From Podarcis tiliguerta (taxonomy: Eukaryota), in NCBI GenBank assembly GCA_965153285.1, contig OZ229123.1: DNA of 64,000 bases; one strand, written 5' to 3'. Position numbers and translations under genes: made by a program. The notes beneath the pieces are model-generated. The model did not search any database. It worked only from the letters and a program-made list of their open reading frames with translations, and had not been told where the DNA came from. This document shows, in pieces, positions 36,571-50,557 of the stretch. How positions within the stretch are numbered: the first letter of the stretch is position 1; every line of letters begins with the position of its first letter.

Positions 36571-39500
36571 CTGTGAAATAAAACACACAGAGTAAAATGT
36601 CAGCGACAATTCATTTCAATATTCTGACTTCTTTTCCCCCCAGTCTGCCTATTCACAAGGTTTGGCTGCTCACATGACCAAAGGGAATCTGGGCTTCATC
36701 AATAACAGGTGTCCCAATGGTCCTTTGTCCCTTCTCTTGCTTAGCCTCTGCTACCTAGGTGGCATTGGTGTGCATAGATACATACATGTGTGACTTGAAC
36801 TAGGGCTTCCCAGCACTCAGGCTCCAGTGCCTTATCTCTTATGGCACCAGCACTCAAATGGCCACTGCAGAACTTAACTCTGAAACTGCCTTGTAGGTTG
36901 CTGCACCCACCTGTCCCAGCTCCTATAAAGCCCCAGCCTCAGAGCTGGCTCCTTAAGCCTACAGCACTCATCTTTTGCACAGTGAGACTCCCTGCTGACC
37001 CAAGACACTTTGCTGCCTAAAGGGGAGCAGCAAATCCTCCCCTCCACAATCAGGCTGCATGATTTTCAAGGCCAGTTGTGTTATTTTTGCACCTGCGGCA
37101 GAAAATCTCACAAGTGCCTCTTGCTATCCCCTGGCAATAAAAACACAATAGTAATAAATTAAATAACCAACTATTTGTTGCCCCCAAATTCAACTGCCTA
37201 AAATGGTAGGGATGGCTGTCTACGCTCCTGCTCCCTTTGATGCTTTCACTGCTACCTGACCTCTGCCTGTTTCAGACCACACTCACTTCTAGCCCATGAG
37301 GACACCCAACTCCTGGTCTCACGTCCCTATTGCCTAGAACTTGAATCTTGACTGAGGTCCAACAATATTCCCACATCCAGTTCCCCAACCACAGTGAAAT
37401 ACTGGATGCACACCAAGCTGACCCAGTTAAGAGGCGTGGCACTGGTGTGTCATATACCAACATTGTTCCTCAGATGATCCTGCACAATAACCACATGCAC
37501 ACAAGAAGGGGAAGCAGGGATCCAGAATATGATGATACTTAAAGCAGGGCTAAAGTTGTGGAGCAACCACTCACTCAACAAGGACATCCATGCTTAGCAT
37601 AGGCCAGACAACATCCAATTTGAGGTAGTTCAACAAAATGCCCTCCTTAACAAATAACCATGCTGTTAGCTGCCCTGAGAGAAGGATTTTTTCTTGAAAA
37701 CTGCAGGATACATATTTAACAACAGCAATAAATGCATCAAGTATCCAGCCAGTGCAGAACTCAACTTCTTCTGCCTTGCTTTCAAACAGGGTGCAAATAA
37801 GTTCAATTTGCAAGTAGTCACCTGCAGGACCCAAGAACCCTCTGTATCTGAACTGGCAGTCAAGTTGAACCGAATATGAGCCATGTTTGTTCTCAGTCGC
37901 CTGTAGTGGGAGTAAAAAGCTATACAAGCAACTTGTTTGTACATGCAGTTTCCCATCTCAAAGGCAATGGAACAAACTTGCAATTCCCAGAATTACAGGC
38001 TTCCCAGAATTCCCAGAAGTTAGGAAGAAAGAATGAGCTTGGGCTTCAGTTTGCCATTACATTTTCAAACTTGGCATTACAGTCATGAGGACTAGAAACC
38101 TTTCCCCCCTTTAAATCAAACCTGGAAATCTCAGGACTCTAATAAAATCAGTGCCATTATGAACTATTAAATTGACCAATGAGTCAATTTAATATTTTAA
38201 TAAGCAACATAAATTTTATTCTCCTATACACTGTACAAAATGTAAAATCATATAAGGGCATGAATTAAGAACTATGCATATTTTATTCTTTTTTTAAAAA
38301 AGAGAAAAATGGTAATACAACTAAGGTAGTTATTCTTTGACTCAGCACCATTCTGAATTTCAATACTATTGGACTCAGATGCCCTGTAATCCTTAGGGTG
38401 TGTTTGAATCACATCATTAAATGAAAATGTTGCAGATCAGCTTCTAACTCAACAACAGGTAGGCGGGTTTCTAAAGCAAACAGGTGCCTGAATCGCCTCC
38501 TTAAGTGTACATAACAAACCTTTTCAAGTATTTTAATTAATATGTTGAAAACTCCACTCATTAAATAGGATGTGAGCAAGTTGTTGCTGTTATAAATACA
38601 ATAGAAGCTCTTGCCAAGGGGAAATTAGTAGATCAACGCATCAAAAGGAATGTTTTTATCCTCAATGGGAATGGAATAAGGAAAGTAATTAATGTTATTT
38701 AGAAAATACACTCAAGAAGAATCCTTCAGAGAAATACCTCTAGGTTTCCCTCTTGGTTATACAGTACACAACTTCAACCTTATCTGGACATGGTACAGCC
38801 ATTTCTAGTCTGTATTTTCCAGCAGGGTGGAAGCTGGTAGAGGAGGGGTAGAAAATTCTGTCCCTTGTCCAGAGGTCCACTGCAATCCTATGCTGGGTTC
38901 AAAAGAGGGGATTTCCCTCTTCTGGCAAACTACTTGCTTTCTATGTTGGACGCAGAGGGAGGTTGAACTGCTCTGTCCTGGTCTCCCTGCCCTTGCCAAT
39001 GACGGTCCACTGACTCACTTCCACAGGGCCAGCTTGCTTCAGGCAAAACAGAAAATGCTGCTCCCACCCTGACACCTCTCCCCTCCCCCTCCATTGCTGC
39101 TGCCTCCGCAGTGGCAGGAAGTGGCAAAGGGGGTGGCTGGGCATGGAGGAGGAGGTTAGAGGCGGCAGAGGAAGCTGGATCTGCCACCTGAGGCTACCAC
39201 CTCACCTTGCTAATGGGTGGACCAGCTAGTGCCTGCATGCAATGCCTTGCCATCTATGGCAACCGGGCACTATTTGCTATCCATTTTTTATAAGCTCTTA
39301 TTAAAGCTTTTTTCATGATACCATAAGATAAAAGAAACTTTTCTAAAACGAAAAACAAAAACAGAGAAAGAGAAAAGAAAGTGGTGAGCCCTCCCAGCTC
39401 TTGCTTGAGAGCTTTCCTTTCTTCTCCCAGTCTTTCACCCTGGGAAGTCTTCCCTTCTCTGACTTCTCACTCAGGGTCCTTCCATCCATCCACCCATGTG

Positions 39501-39827
39501 TGTGTAACCCTTGGACCCCAATAACGGCCCAGAGCAGAGGACACCAAAGGAAAACAAAACAAAAAAGAGAGAAGATAAAAGAACAAACTTATAGAAGAAA
39601 AGACAGAGAGAAAAGAGAAGACAGAAGAATAAAAAGGACTTCCGATTTTCCGTCTGTCAGTTACATAAAAAATTATTCAAAAGTATTTGTTATCCTGCAT
39701 GCAAGTCTGGTTCACTATAAGAAGCAAGTGGTAAATGCAGAAGGTTTAAGACTAGTTCAGAGTAAACAAAAAATGCAGTATTTTCAGCTGAGTGCAAGAA
39801 CTTTGCCTCCGCAAAGTAGTAGCAGTA

Positions 39828-40168
39828 AAAGGTAAAGGTACCCCTGCCCGTACGGGCCAGTCTTGACAGACTCTAGGGTTGTGCGCTCATCTCACTCTAG
39901 AGGCCGGGAGCCAGCGCTGTCCGCAGACACTTCCCGGTCACGTGGCCAGCGTGACAAGCTGCATCTGGCGAGCCAGCACAGCACACGGAATGCTGTTTAC
40001 CTTCCCGCTGGTAAGCGGTCCCTATTTATCTACTTGCAGCTGGGGGTGCTTTAGAACTGCTAGTTGGCAGGCGCTGGAACCGAACGACCCCGCCGCGGGG
40101 ATTCGAACTGCCGACCTTTCGATCGGCAAGCCCTAGGCGCTGAGGTTTTACCCACAGCGCCACCTGTG
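39828..40168 (-). mobile_element. Sauria SINE, different subfamily
   Basis: Same head and tail architecture with diverged body; flanked by agtagtag repeats. Confidence 0.88.
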
Positions 40169-43044
40169 TAGTAGTAGTATTTCTATCCCACCTTTCTCCC
40201 AGGCACACACACATAAAGACACTCACAAGATTTCAGACTTTCTTTTTGTTGTTTAATGATTTTTTAAAAGAAGGTAGTGGTGGTACCACTAGGGTAACCC
40301 ATATTAGGTCCTGGTATCACCCTTTTGTGGGTCCTGACCCACCAATCAAGAACAGTGCTCTGGAACTGAAATTTAGATGTGGGTGTGAAGACCAGTTGTA
40401 GCTTAGCCATGGGCTCTTTGGGTGGCTTTTGACAAGGAACTCTCCCTAAGGCTCAGTTAATGTATAAAACAGAAATAGTGACAACACAGTTGTCATCCAT
40501 CTGTAAAATAGAAATAAATAATGACCACATGATTTTTGGGAGGATAAATGAAAGGGAAAAAATATAGTTTTGCCTGCCCAGAACCTTAAAGCTATAAAAT
40601 TCCTCAGTTTGAACTTCCCATCTCAAACATTCAAATTATTGCATACATTGTACATTTCTGTACTGCAAGCTGATCCTCCCCAAAGACAGATGGGCACGTG
40701 AGGATGTCTTTTAAATATATTTTTAGTATACATATAGACATTTAACGATCGGAAGAAATGTCGAGAAAGTGTTTGGAAAATTCTCAGACACTAAATAACT
40801 TGCTAAAGATAATACACACTTGGCTAAAACTTATCTCCCCTGAACTGACATGCCATTCACAAGTGGTACAACACAATCCTAAGCTTGTTACTCAGAAGTA
40901 AATCTTACCAAATTCAATGAGACTTACTTTCAAGTAAACATAGCTAGGACTGCAGTTCTAAACACTTCCTAGTTCCACAGTGCCGCTAAGTATTAAGCTA
41001 CAAAACTTTCATACAGTCCACACAACTGCCTCATTGGGGCAAGATCTACTGGGAAGAGTTGCTGTGTTCACTAGGCCTGGCCTCCTGAGCTATTTGTTAG
41101 GTATAGGACAGGTGGGCGCAGCTTGGCGAGAATGGCCTCACAGGGCAAATATGAAGGCCTAGCAGGTTTAATTAGACCCACAGAACAAAAGTTCCCCACT
41201 CCAGATGTACATAGTTAGCTACACTTTCTTTTTTAAAAATATATTTTATATTAGCCACAGTTTATTGACATAAATTAGGAACAACACAAAAAAGCAGCTC
41301 AGTTCTGTCGCAGAACAATGTTCTTTAACTTTCAACTGCCTACATTAGAAACACAAGAAAGTCTTACTCCTAAGAAACTCTGAAATACCATGTTAGATAT
41401 TCACACCCAAAGCAACTGAGAGTATCTACTCCTCCAGTATGAATTACTACTTTTATTCATGCCATTTTGCGACTGCAACGGAGCTTGTGAACGATGCCCC
41501 ATATTTTCGTCTCCAAGAAGCATTACATCACAATAAGGCATCTGGTATCTATTAAGATACTCTCTGCCAGAGTCTGTACTATTTTCAGTCACGTACAAGG
41601 GGGGGGGGGTGAGGGACCTGAAGCTGTTTGCAGACCAGGAAATCCAGGTTAAATTGGATAAAGAAGCTCTCAAGATGATTTAAGTTTGCAGTCTTTGCTA
41701 TACATTGATTGCAGTTTTGGTTGTACATTTTAAAGATCAAATTTGCAGCCAGAATGGCCTTTATGTTTAATATTTCTTCACATTAAAAGCTAGGGGATGC
41801 TGCTATCCCTCTGAAGTGCCTGCTTAAACTATATATTACCACCAATAAGATGTTCACAGAAGACAACATTAAACAGACGAAAAGTACTATTATTAGGACA
41901 GGCAGTAGCCTTGCTGATAGCTAATAATTATGTAGCCAGCTGTCTCCTAAGATTAGCAGGCTCTTCTTCTGTGGTCTCAACATAAAATGCCACACATGAT
42001 TGTCAAAATCTAACTCTGAAACCTCCCAAGATTTGTATCACAAACCCAAGCATTTAATTATCATTAATCCTATATACTCATTTTTATAAGTGTTTCCTCT
42101 ACTCAGGAAAGCATGTGTGAAGAAGATACACCTGTGCAATGTGTCATTTTGCTTCCAGTTAGAAGAAACAGTCCCTGCCCAACCACATGCATTCCTATCT
42201 AGATTTTTAAGATCTCCGAGTTTCAGAAGAAAAGAAATGCAATGGAGAAAATGCCCCTTGGAATTCACAAACCTACATGAGCTGCTGGTAGAGCACACAC
42301 TTTGAACACAGAAGGTTCCACATTCAATCCGTGCCATTTTCAGTAAGAAGGATCAGGAAGCATATTATGAGGAAGGCTATGAGTCAATGTTGGAGATCCC
42401 TTACAAGGATAGGGAAGGGCCCACAGCTAAATCACAGAATATATACATCATATGCAGAAGGCCCCAGGTCTAATCCACAGCAATTAAAAGGATCAGGCAG
42501 CAGGTGAGGTGAACATATGAGACCCTGGAGAACTACTGCCCAAACAAAGTTGACAATACTGGGATGGTTTGGACAGACAACCTGGTCTCATGTATAGCCG
42601 CTTCCTATGTTCCTATCAAAGGAATAAATAATAAATGTGCTTATATAAGGAGGTAAGTTGAATATTGCAAATGACTTAGTAGGGAGGCCACAGTTGATAG
42701 GATAAAGCCTGTGCCTACAGACTCTCTGCTTTCTATAGCTGCCCATTAAGATGCACTGCTGGTTTGCTGTACTGTGGTCACCATATGCTTTCAACATAAA
42801 TATTTAACCATTTTAAAACAAAAACAAAAACCTCAAAGTACATTTTCATCTGTTGGGTAGTGGGGTGATATTTCTGCATCATAGTCATACTGGAAAAACT
42901 TCTCAGGTTTCCCTATTTTCCTGCATGGCGTGTATATTCTTACAGATGTGTATGATATACAGCCAGGGTCAAAGAGAACAAGAAGAATCAAAGCATGGCT
43001 CCCCATGTCAAGCTTAACATACACACAGGTTGTTCTCTACTTAC

Positions 43045-43163
43045 CTTTCACCGAGATAATCTCCAATGACGGTTTTATTTAGCCCTTCCCCTTTATAAAG
43101 GAACTGTGCAATGTCCTCAGGAGTATTCTGCAATAGGTCATTTTCTATGAGGAACTGGATTCC
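43045..43163 (-). CDS. CYTH3: CYTH3 exon 5 ([39 protein letters not shown]), Sec7
   Basis: ttag|GGA...AG|gtaagt; 119 bp. Confidence 0.97.
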
Positions 43164-46100
43164 CTAAAAAGCAGGAGGAGGAAATGAATTCAGTTGCTTT
43201 CGTCTTCACAAGATTATATGTTCTGGAAATATTAAGCTGTGGAGTTATTATATCGATTTCATTGATAAGTAGGAGTTTGCCTACGGTTGACAAATGCAGC
43301 CTCATCTGTGCACACCCTCCTCAAAGCTCACCTTTTCTGGGAAGCCTTTGGATCATCCCCCTTACCTTACTGAAACTAAAACAAAATACGTATAATCAAA
43401 ATAATCAGCTATTATGAACATCCCTGCTGAATTACACAACAAAGTCCTGCATTCTGCTCTCACAGTGGCCTATCAGGTGCTTAGGGGAAGTACACAAACA
43501 AGACATGAACACAATAGCACTCTTCCTTGCCTAATCATGTCTCCATAGCATCCCAATATAAATTCCTTGTATCACTAGTTAAAAGATTATAAGTAGTACA
43601 AGATGGAAAATAATTCTGCCCAAGGCTTTGGACAGCTGCTTTGTAAATTGATTAAGGACTTTTTAGCCCGACTAAAGGGCAGTTAAAGCAGTTTACAAGA
43701 TATAAACATAAAATGTACAATCACAATTCACCTTAAACCCTCCGAATAGATAGCAGTGGAAATGGGCAACAATATTGTTCACCCCAGGATAATATCATTA
43801 AAAACAAATAAAGCAATTCAGCACCAGATGAAGCATCAGCAGCAGACTAATATGCTTTCAATGAAAATAAACTGGAAATAAATAGATCTTCAATACACAT
43901 TTGAAGACTCATAAAGACGAGGGCTGCATGACCCTAAATTGAAACAGATAATACCAAGCTAGATGCACCAGTTGTCTGAGTCAATACAAGAGACCTACGT
44001 ATGTTTAGAAACAGATTAAGGAATTTTAATCTGCCACATCTTTAATCCCCGCTTCTTTTCTCTATTTTTTCTTTTTCAATATTTATTAAATGCAGGTATA
44101 CTGTTGACAAGCAACTGATGCTTGTTGTTTGCAAGTCTTTTATTATTACATTAAATCTATGATTCTATGAAATCATTTTAGAAGATCTACTAAACAAATA
44201 GTAATGATATAAATTATTATCTATTCCATGTTAGCCCTCAGGATGCAAATTACAGAGATAATCTTCTTATAACTGAATATTTGTCTGTTCATCATGCTAA
44301 TGACTTGACACACAGCATGATCTGGGAAACTTCAATGTGAGTAGATAGAAAAATAGATAACACCATGTAATTACAACTGTATCATCAGATAAAGCAGTTA
44401 GTTATAGTAATCTGAGCCATGGAGCTAACTGTGACATTAGCATTCAGTGCATTTGTATCTATAAAATTATATATAGCCTTATATATTATGCACCGTATTT
44501 TAATCTAAACTTGTGTCTTTATTTCAGCTAAGGCTGAAATCTGTAATCTGACCAGAATGGAGTTTACCTCTAAGTAAACATACATAGGATTGAAAAAGAG
44601 CTACATATAATGGTATGTCCTGAAGTCAATAAAATAATCTCCAATTCTGTCAAATGACTTTGAAATAGAGCACAGACATGTGAGCCAGTTCAGACATAAC
44701 AGACAGTTATGATTTGGTAGTACATGAATTAAATCTTTTAAAAGATACATGGACTCACACACTGCTATTCCCTCCCTCCCTGGCTTGTGGAACATCCTAG
44801 TTTGCTGTTTCATCTGAACTGTCAAACTAGGGTTTGTGTTTGCCCTGCAAACCAGGATTGGTAACCAGGATGAAACCATCATTTCCAATGGTGGTTTACA
44901 GGGCAAACACAAACTCTGGTTTACCGGGTTGGAAAAAGGCAAATGGATAGTTTGCCAAACACTAAGGAGGAAGGGTGGGAGGGAATCATGATGCATGAGG
45001 GGAAGAAGTCAGCAGATGAGCCCAATGGTCCTTAAAAGAAAGGCTTGTTAATATTGCACCAAATTATGGCTTGATGTTCTCTCTAATCGAGACCACATTA
45101 GGATATGTCCTCCCCTTTTTTATTTTCTGTTGGGAAGCAAGTTTGCACCTTTTTATTCAGATTGGCATGTGTGCATTTTAACAGGATTTAAATGAGTTTA
45201 ATCATGTTTTTATTACTGGTTTTATAGCTGTTATCTTAAACAGAAATGGCACTTGCAACAATGCAACAGAAATGGCAATGGTTCATTTTTAAAATCAGCA
45301 AGCTCAAATGTGGTTTTTAAAAATAAACTGGAGATAATGAAAAACAATATCTGTGAACAAATGGAACAAGCATTTGGATGCAAGCAGACAGGTTGCGGAA
45401 ACAACAGCAGTAAAATATTTTGCAGCTGGACAATTCAATCAACAACTGCAACCTACTTTATCAGGGCAAACCCAATGCCATTTTATCAGTCTGAGAAGCT
45501 ATTTTTAGTATAGGAAACTGTATGCTCTCTCTTTCCCCCACCCCACCTTCCCTCTCCTCTTTACCCAGTCTCCCTCTGAATTGCTTTACCATCTAGAAAA
45601 CTTCCCTGAACACCCAGCTGGAACATGAATACCAACAATCAACTTCATTTTTAAAAATCGCAAAGAAAGATGCACATTTCGCTGCAAAGGGGAACATGTC
45701 TGCCAACCATGTTTCCACTCATGCTGGAAACCACTGAAAGCAAAGAAATTAGTTACAATTCAAAATCTCATCAATAGACTCCATTTTTTAAATCTGTATG
45801 CTTCTGAAATTACTTTGCTTTAATAAAGCCTGCTTTCTGGAAATTCAGATGCCCCAAGCAAATATTTTGTCATCTTCGGAAACAAACCACTTCGGAAAAC
45901 AAGACTCCAGACCTATTCAAGCTTTTAGAGCAGGAAAAAAAGAACAAGAAAAAGGCAAAGAACTGAAAGAAGAGGCAAATATGTGCTGGTGAAGCTGTCT
46001 CTCAAAGATATGAGATAAGGAGAATAAAGTGCTTTATATTATTAAATACAGTATATGTAAACATTGAGCAGCAACATCTGCTGTGCTCTTTCAGAGGAAC

Positions 46101-46782
46101 GATAACATGAAGAAATACAGAGCAGGGACTAGTCCTGGGTGCAGGGCTGTATCTGCTTTCTGTGCAGGATCAATCCCTGGCATCTCCAGGTAGGGATGAG
46201 AACATTCCCTGCTTGAGAATCTGGATAGCTAGGCTACTGACCAGCAGCAACAATACTGAGCAATGGGTCAATGGTGTGACTCAGTATATGCCAAACATTC
46301 TAAGGCAGTTGCCTAGCGCAGCACTGCATGTGACACAGGGAAAGGTGAGAAGTCCCCCTAGAACAATGGCATCAGCCATGAAGCTCCATCTTGGGATCAT
46401 CCTTGTGAAGTCAGCCTTGATTCCCTGGCAGCGGCTGTCTGTTAGCACTTATGCCAGCACAGGTCTCTATAAAATCCCCACCAAGGAAGAATACAAGTGC
46501 CTTATGTGCGCTGATGAAGCAAACAGAACTAGGCTTTGGGAAGGAGACAGGAGGACTCTAGGACCCTGTCAGAGCCCTCAGGTCTCCTTCCCTGTGCTAC
46601 AGCTCCCTGCCTTGCCTGGGGCTGCCAAAAAAGGCCTAGCAAGCCACACGTTGGACCACCCTGCCTTAGGTGAATGGCTGAGACAGTCTTATTTTGCCAG
46701 TCTTGGGGTCATTTTTTATTTGTACCGACTGCTACAAATGGTTTGATGTTGCTCTGGCTTTTTAACTCTCCATTCTTCTGTA

Positions 46783-47009
46783 CAGTTATACCTTGGGTCC
46801 CAAACACCTTGGTACTTGGACGTTTTGGCTTCTGAACACTGCAAACCTGGAAGTGGGTGTTTTGAAACCCAAATGTCCAACAGGGCTTCTGCAGCTTCTG
46901 ATTGGCTGCAGGAGCTTCCTGCAGCCAATAAGAAGCTGCACTTTCTGAACGTTTTGGAAGTCAAACAGACTTCTGGAATGGATTCTGTTTGACTTCCAAG
47001 GTACGACTA
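46783..47009. mobile_element. Tigger-like MITE, older CpG-decayed relative of 3712-3920
   Basis: TA|CAGTTATACCTTGG...CCAAGGTACGACTA|TA; colinear with the 3712 copy. Confidence 0.8.
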
Positions 47010-47149
47010 TACTTCATTGTGATTTTATTATATATATGTTTTAAATCTAATTTGCAAGCTGCCTTGGGATCTCTCATAACTGAAAAGTAGGATATAAAAC
47101 TTCATAAATAAATAAGAAGCATACATTCTCAAGAACACAACAGTCCTAC

Positions 47150-47216
47150 CTTCTTGGGATCCATATTGAACTTTTTTCTTCCCATAGCTATTTGTTTATT
47201 TCTCTGTGTAGTTTTG
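47150..47216 (-). CDS. CYTH3: CYTH3 exon 4 (KTTQRNKQIAMGRKKFNMDPKK)
   Basis: acag|C...AAG|gtagga; 67 bp. Confidence 0.97.
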
Positions 47217-47311
47217 CTGTATATTTGTAAGGGAGGAAATAAAAGGAAAAGAATATTACACAGATGTATTTGGTTAAACATCTTTGATGTTTACATTTTA
47301 AATGTTATTTA

Positions 47312-49067
47312 CCGTATTTTTTGCCCTATAGGACGCACTTTTTCCCCTCCAAAAATGAAGGGGAAATGTGTGTGCGTCCTATGGGGCGAATGCAGGCTTT
47401 CGCGGAAGCCTGGAGAGTGAGAGGCGTCGGTGCGCACCGACACCTCTTGCTCTCCAGGCTCCAGGAAGCTATCCGCGAGCCTTGCGCACCTGGGGGGAGT
47501 TCCCCTGGGCGCGCAAGGCTTGCGGGCGGCAGCCTGCAGCGCGGAACACGGGGCGCCCTTCGGAGGACGCCCCGTGCTTCGCGCAAGTGCCGGCAAGCCT
47601 CGCGCACCGGGGGAGAACTCCCCCCCGGCGCGCAAGGCTTGCGGGCGGCAGCCTGCAGCGCGGAACACGGGGCGCCCTTCGGAGGACTCCCCGTGCTTCG
47701 CGCAAGTGCCGGCAAGCCTCGCGCACCGGGGGAGAACTCCCCCCCGGCGCGCAAGGCTTGCGGGCGGCAGCCTGCAGCGCGGAACACGGGGCGCCCTTCG
47801 GAGGACTCCCCGTGCTTCGCGCAAGTGCCGGCAAGCCTCGCGCACCGGGGGAGAACTCCCCCCGGCGCGCAAGGCTTGCGGGCGGCAGCCTGCAGCGCGG
47901 AACACGGGGCGCCCTTCGGAGGACGCCCCGTGCTTCGCGCAAGTGCCGGCAAGCTTCGCGCACCGGGGGAGAACTCCCCCCAGCGCGCAAGGCTTGCCGG
48001 CGGCAGCCTGCAGCGCGGAACACGGGGCGCCCTTCGGAGGACGCCCCGTGCTTCGCGCAAGTGTCCGCAAGCCTTCCGCACCGGGGGAGAACTCCCCCCG
48101 GCGCGCAAGGCTTGCGGGCGGCAGCCTGCAGCGCGGAACACGGGGCGCCCTTCGGAGGACGCCCCGTGCTTCGCGCAAGTGCCGGCAAGCCTCGCGCACC
48201 GGGGGAGAACTCCCCCCCGGCGCGCAAGGCTTGCGGGCGGCAGCCTGCAGCGCGGAACACGGGGCGCCCTTCGGAGGACTCCCCGTGCTTCGCGCAAGTG
48301 CCGGCAAGCCTCGCGCACCGGGGGAGAACTCCCCCCCCCGGCGCGCAAGGCTTGCGGGCGGCAGCCTGCAGCGCGGAACACGGGGCGCCCTTCGGAGGAC
48401 GCCCCGTGCTTCGCGCAAGTGTCCGCAAGCCTTCCGCACCGGGGGAGAACTCCCCCCGGCGCGCAAGGCTTGCGGGCGGCAGCCTGCAGCGCGGAACACG
48501 GGGCGCCCTTCGGAGGACGCCCCGTGCTTCGCGCAAGTGCCGGCAAGCCTCGCGCACCGGGGGAGAACTCCCCCCGGCGCGCAAGGCTTGCGGGCGGCAG
48601 CCTGCAGCGCGGAACACGGGGCGCCCTTCGGAGGACGCCCCGTGCTTCGCGCAAGAGTCCGCAAGCCTTCCGCACTGGGGGAGAACTCCCCCCCGGCGCG
48701 CAAGGCTTGCGGACGGCAGCCTGCAGCGCGGAACACGGGGCGCCCTTCGGAGGACGCCCGTGCTTCGCGCAAGTGTCAGCAAGCCTTGCGCACCGGGGGA
48801 GAAGTCCCTCCGGCGCGCAAGGCTTGCGGGCGGCAGCCTGCCGCCCGGCGCATGGGGCGCCCTGCAGCAGAGCGCCCTGGCGCCAGGCAGACATCGGCCA
48901 GCCCCACAAGGTCGGGGGACAGCGGGGAGGCGCAGCGCCGCCATCCCACTGTTCCCCGACCTGGTTTTGGGGGGGAAATAAAGGGAAAAAAATTTTTCCT
49001 TTATTTCCCCCCCCAAAAAGTAGGTGCGTCCTATGGGACGGAGCGTCCTATGGGACGAAAAATACGG
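47312..49067. mobile_element. Non-autonomous Tc1/mariner (Tc2/pogo-like, CCGTA termini) element carrying an internal tandem array
   Basis: TA|CCGTATTTTT...TAGGACGC at left and GCGTCCTATGGGACGAAAAATACGG|TA at right; TA target-site duplication. Confidence 0.85.
47474..48840. repeat. GC/CpG-rich tandem array, about 11.5 copies of a 117-121 bp monomer
   Basis: Monomer starts at 47509, 47628, 47747, 47865, 47983, 48101, 48220, 48341, 48459, 48577, 48696, 48813; length differences lie mainly in a C-run. Confidence 0.98.
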
Positions 49068-50492
49068 TACATGTTCATCTTATACAGTCAGTATGAATAG
49101 GATGGAATGGCTGAACTTTTACTCCCAAAGTGAAAGGGAAATATTTACCCTAAAAAATAATTCAAAGTAGCTTTGACTTCATTTTAGATTTTTAATACAT
49201 TGTATTTAAACCCTCCTGACATACATTAGAGGAAGGGCATTAAAGAGGATAATGTGCATGGCTTTAACTCACAAACCAGTTAAACTGGATTATTTCAATC
49301 CAAGCCAATTGGCGGTGCAATCTTTGGAGTCTCTGTACTGGCAAATAAGCCTTTAGGTCTGCAATGCTAGCACAAAACAGCAGCCTATGATGTTGCAGTG
49401 GCTGAACATGCCAGCTGAGGACATTGTGCCAGAGAAGTTGTGGGAGTCTGCACTATGTTAGCTGCATCACACAAAGACAGAAGAAAGTGTTGCAGAAACG
49501 AGGACACACTGCATTCTAATGGCATTCCAGTCAACACAAACCCAAATGCACCCAGAGTAACACACTGAGTATTAACTTTAACAAAAGTACTGAAAGTGGC
49601 AGACAGCACAGCAGGCTAGATACACCCTATTTGCTAAGATCAGGATGCTACTTAATTACTTTGGTGTATAAGTAAATTGCACAGCCCTCTTGGTGGCTGC
49701 TTCCCAGACTTTAGAACTCCCTCCCTGGAGAAGCTAGACAGGCTGCCTATTTGCCGTCCTTCTGCCAGCAGGTGAAGACAGCCTTTTGGGAAATGACTGC
49801 TTTTAACTAAAGGGTGTGTGCCATTACAATTATTTTTATTACAATTATTTGTATGTTTTAAATATACAGTATTTTATAGATTTATATAGCTTTAATTCTA
49901 TCAGTGTTTTTAATCATGATTTTTCCTATATTTTTAGCAGTTTTTAAGGGAGAAAGGTGGGGTATAAATAAATTAACAACAACAACAACATTTTGTGTCC
50001 TATAGGTTCCAGACACAGGCTCCATTGATTTTAATGGACCAAATAGCAAGAATCATCTTAGCCAAGTTTAATACTAAATGTGCAGAACCTACACAAATGC
50101 ACAGCCATCAAGGGGAAGCTTACAATGGCACAGGAACAGCGGTATTATGTGCAAGGTAAAAAGGAGAGACACATCCCAAAACAGTGCACTCAGTTGCCAT
50201 TTCTCAACTTTGTAGTGCCTGCGGTGCTGAATATCATAATCATGGGGCTAACTAGTTGCTGTACCCCATCCTGCATTTGCTAAACTAGCTCTTTGTGGGA
50301 ATAAGCAGTAAATTTCAATAATAGAACTACTTAATAATTATTCCCCCCCTTGAATACCGGCAGTACATAGGGGCCGAGAAGATGATCAAGGTCTCTGCTG
50401 GAAGTCAGGCTATTTCTGCAAGGCCCTCAAAAAAGCTGAAGCAACAGAATGATGCTTTTCCATAAAGCACACATGTGACAAAGTCAGCTTAC

Positions 50493-50557
50493 CTTTCCTC
50501 TACACTTGTCAAGTTATCGATTTCAGTCATAACCTCTGCTATTTCAAATTTTAACCG
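50493..50557 (-). CDS. CYTH3: CYTH3 exon 3 (RLKFEIAEVMTEIDNLTSVEE)
   Basis: gcag|CGG...AG|gtaagc; 65 bp. Confidence 0.97.

Noticed and set aside
46162-46746. 194-aa + strand ORF
   Set aside because: Built from SINE and MITE remnants, antisense within a CYTH3 intron, with no domain or splice support.
47474-48840. CRISPR array or retrozyme/hammerhead satellite
   Set aside because: No unique spacers or cas genes, and the context is eukaryotic. There is no CUGANGA/GAAA core in the monomer on either strand.
47309-49100. Six overlapping 487-591 aa ORFs in all frames
   Set aside because: Artefact of a GC-rich monomer lacking stop triplets on either strand. Monomer lengths are mostly not multiples of 3, the peptides cycle through frames, and the region is intronic.
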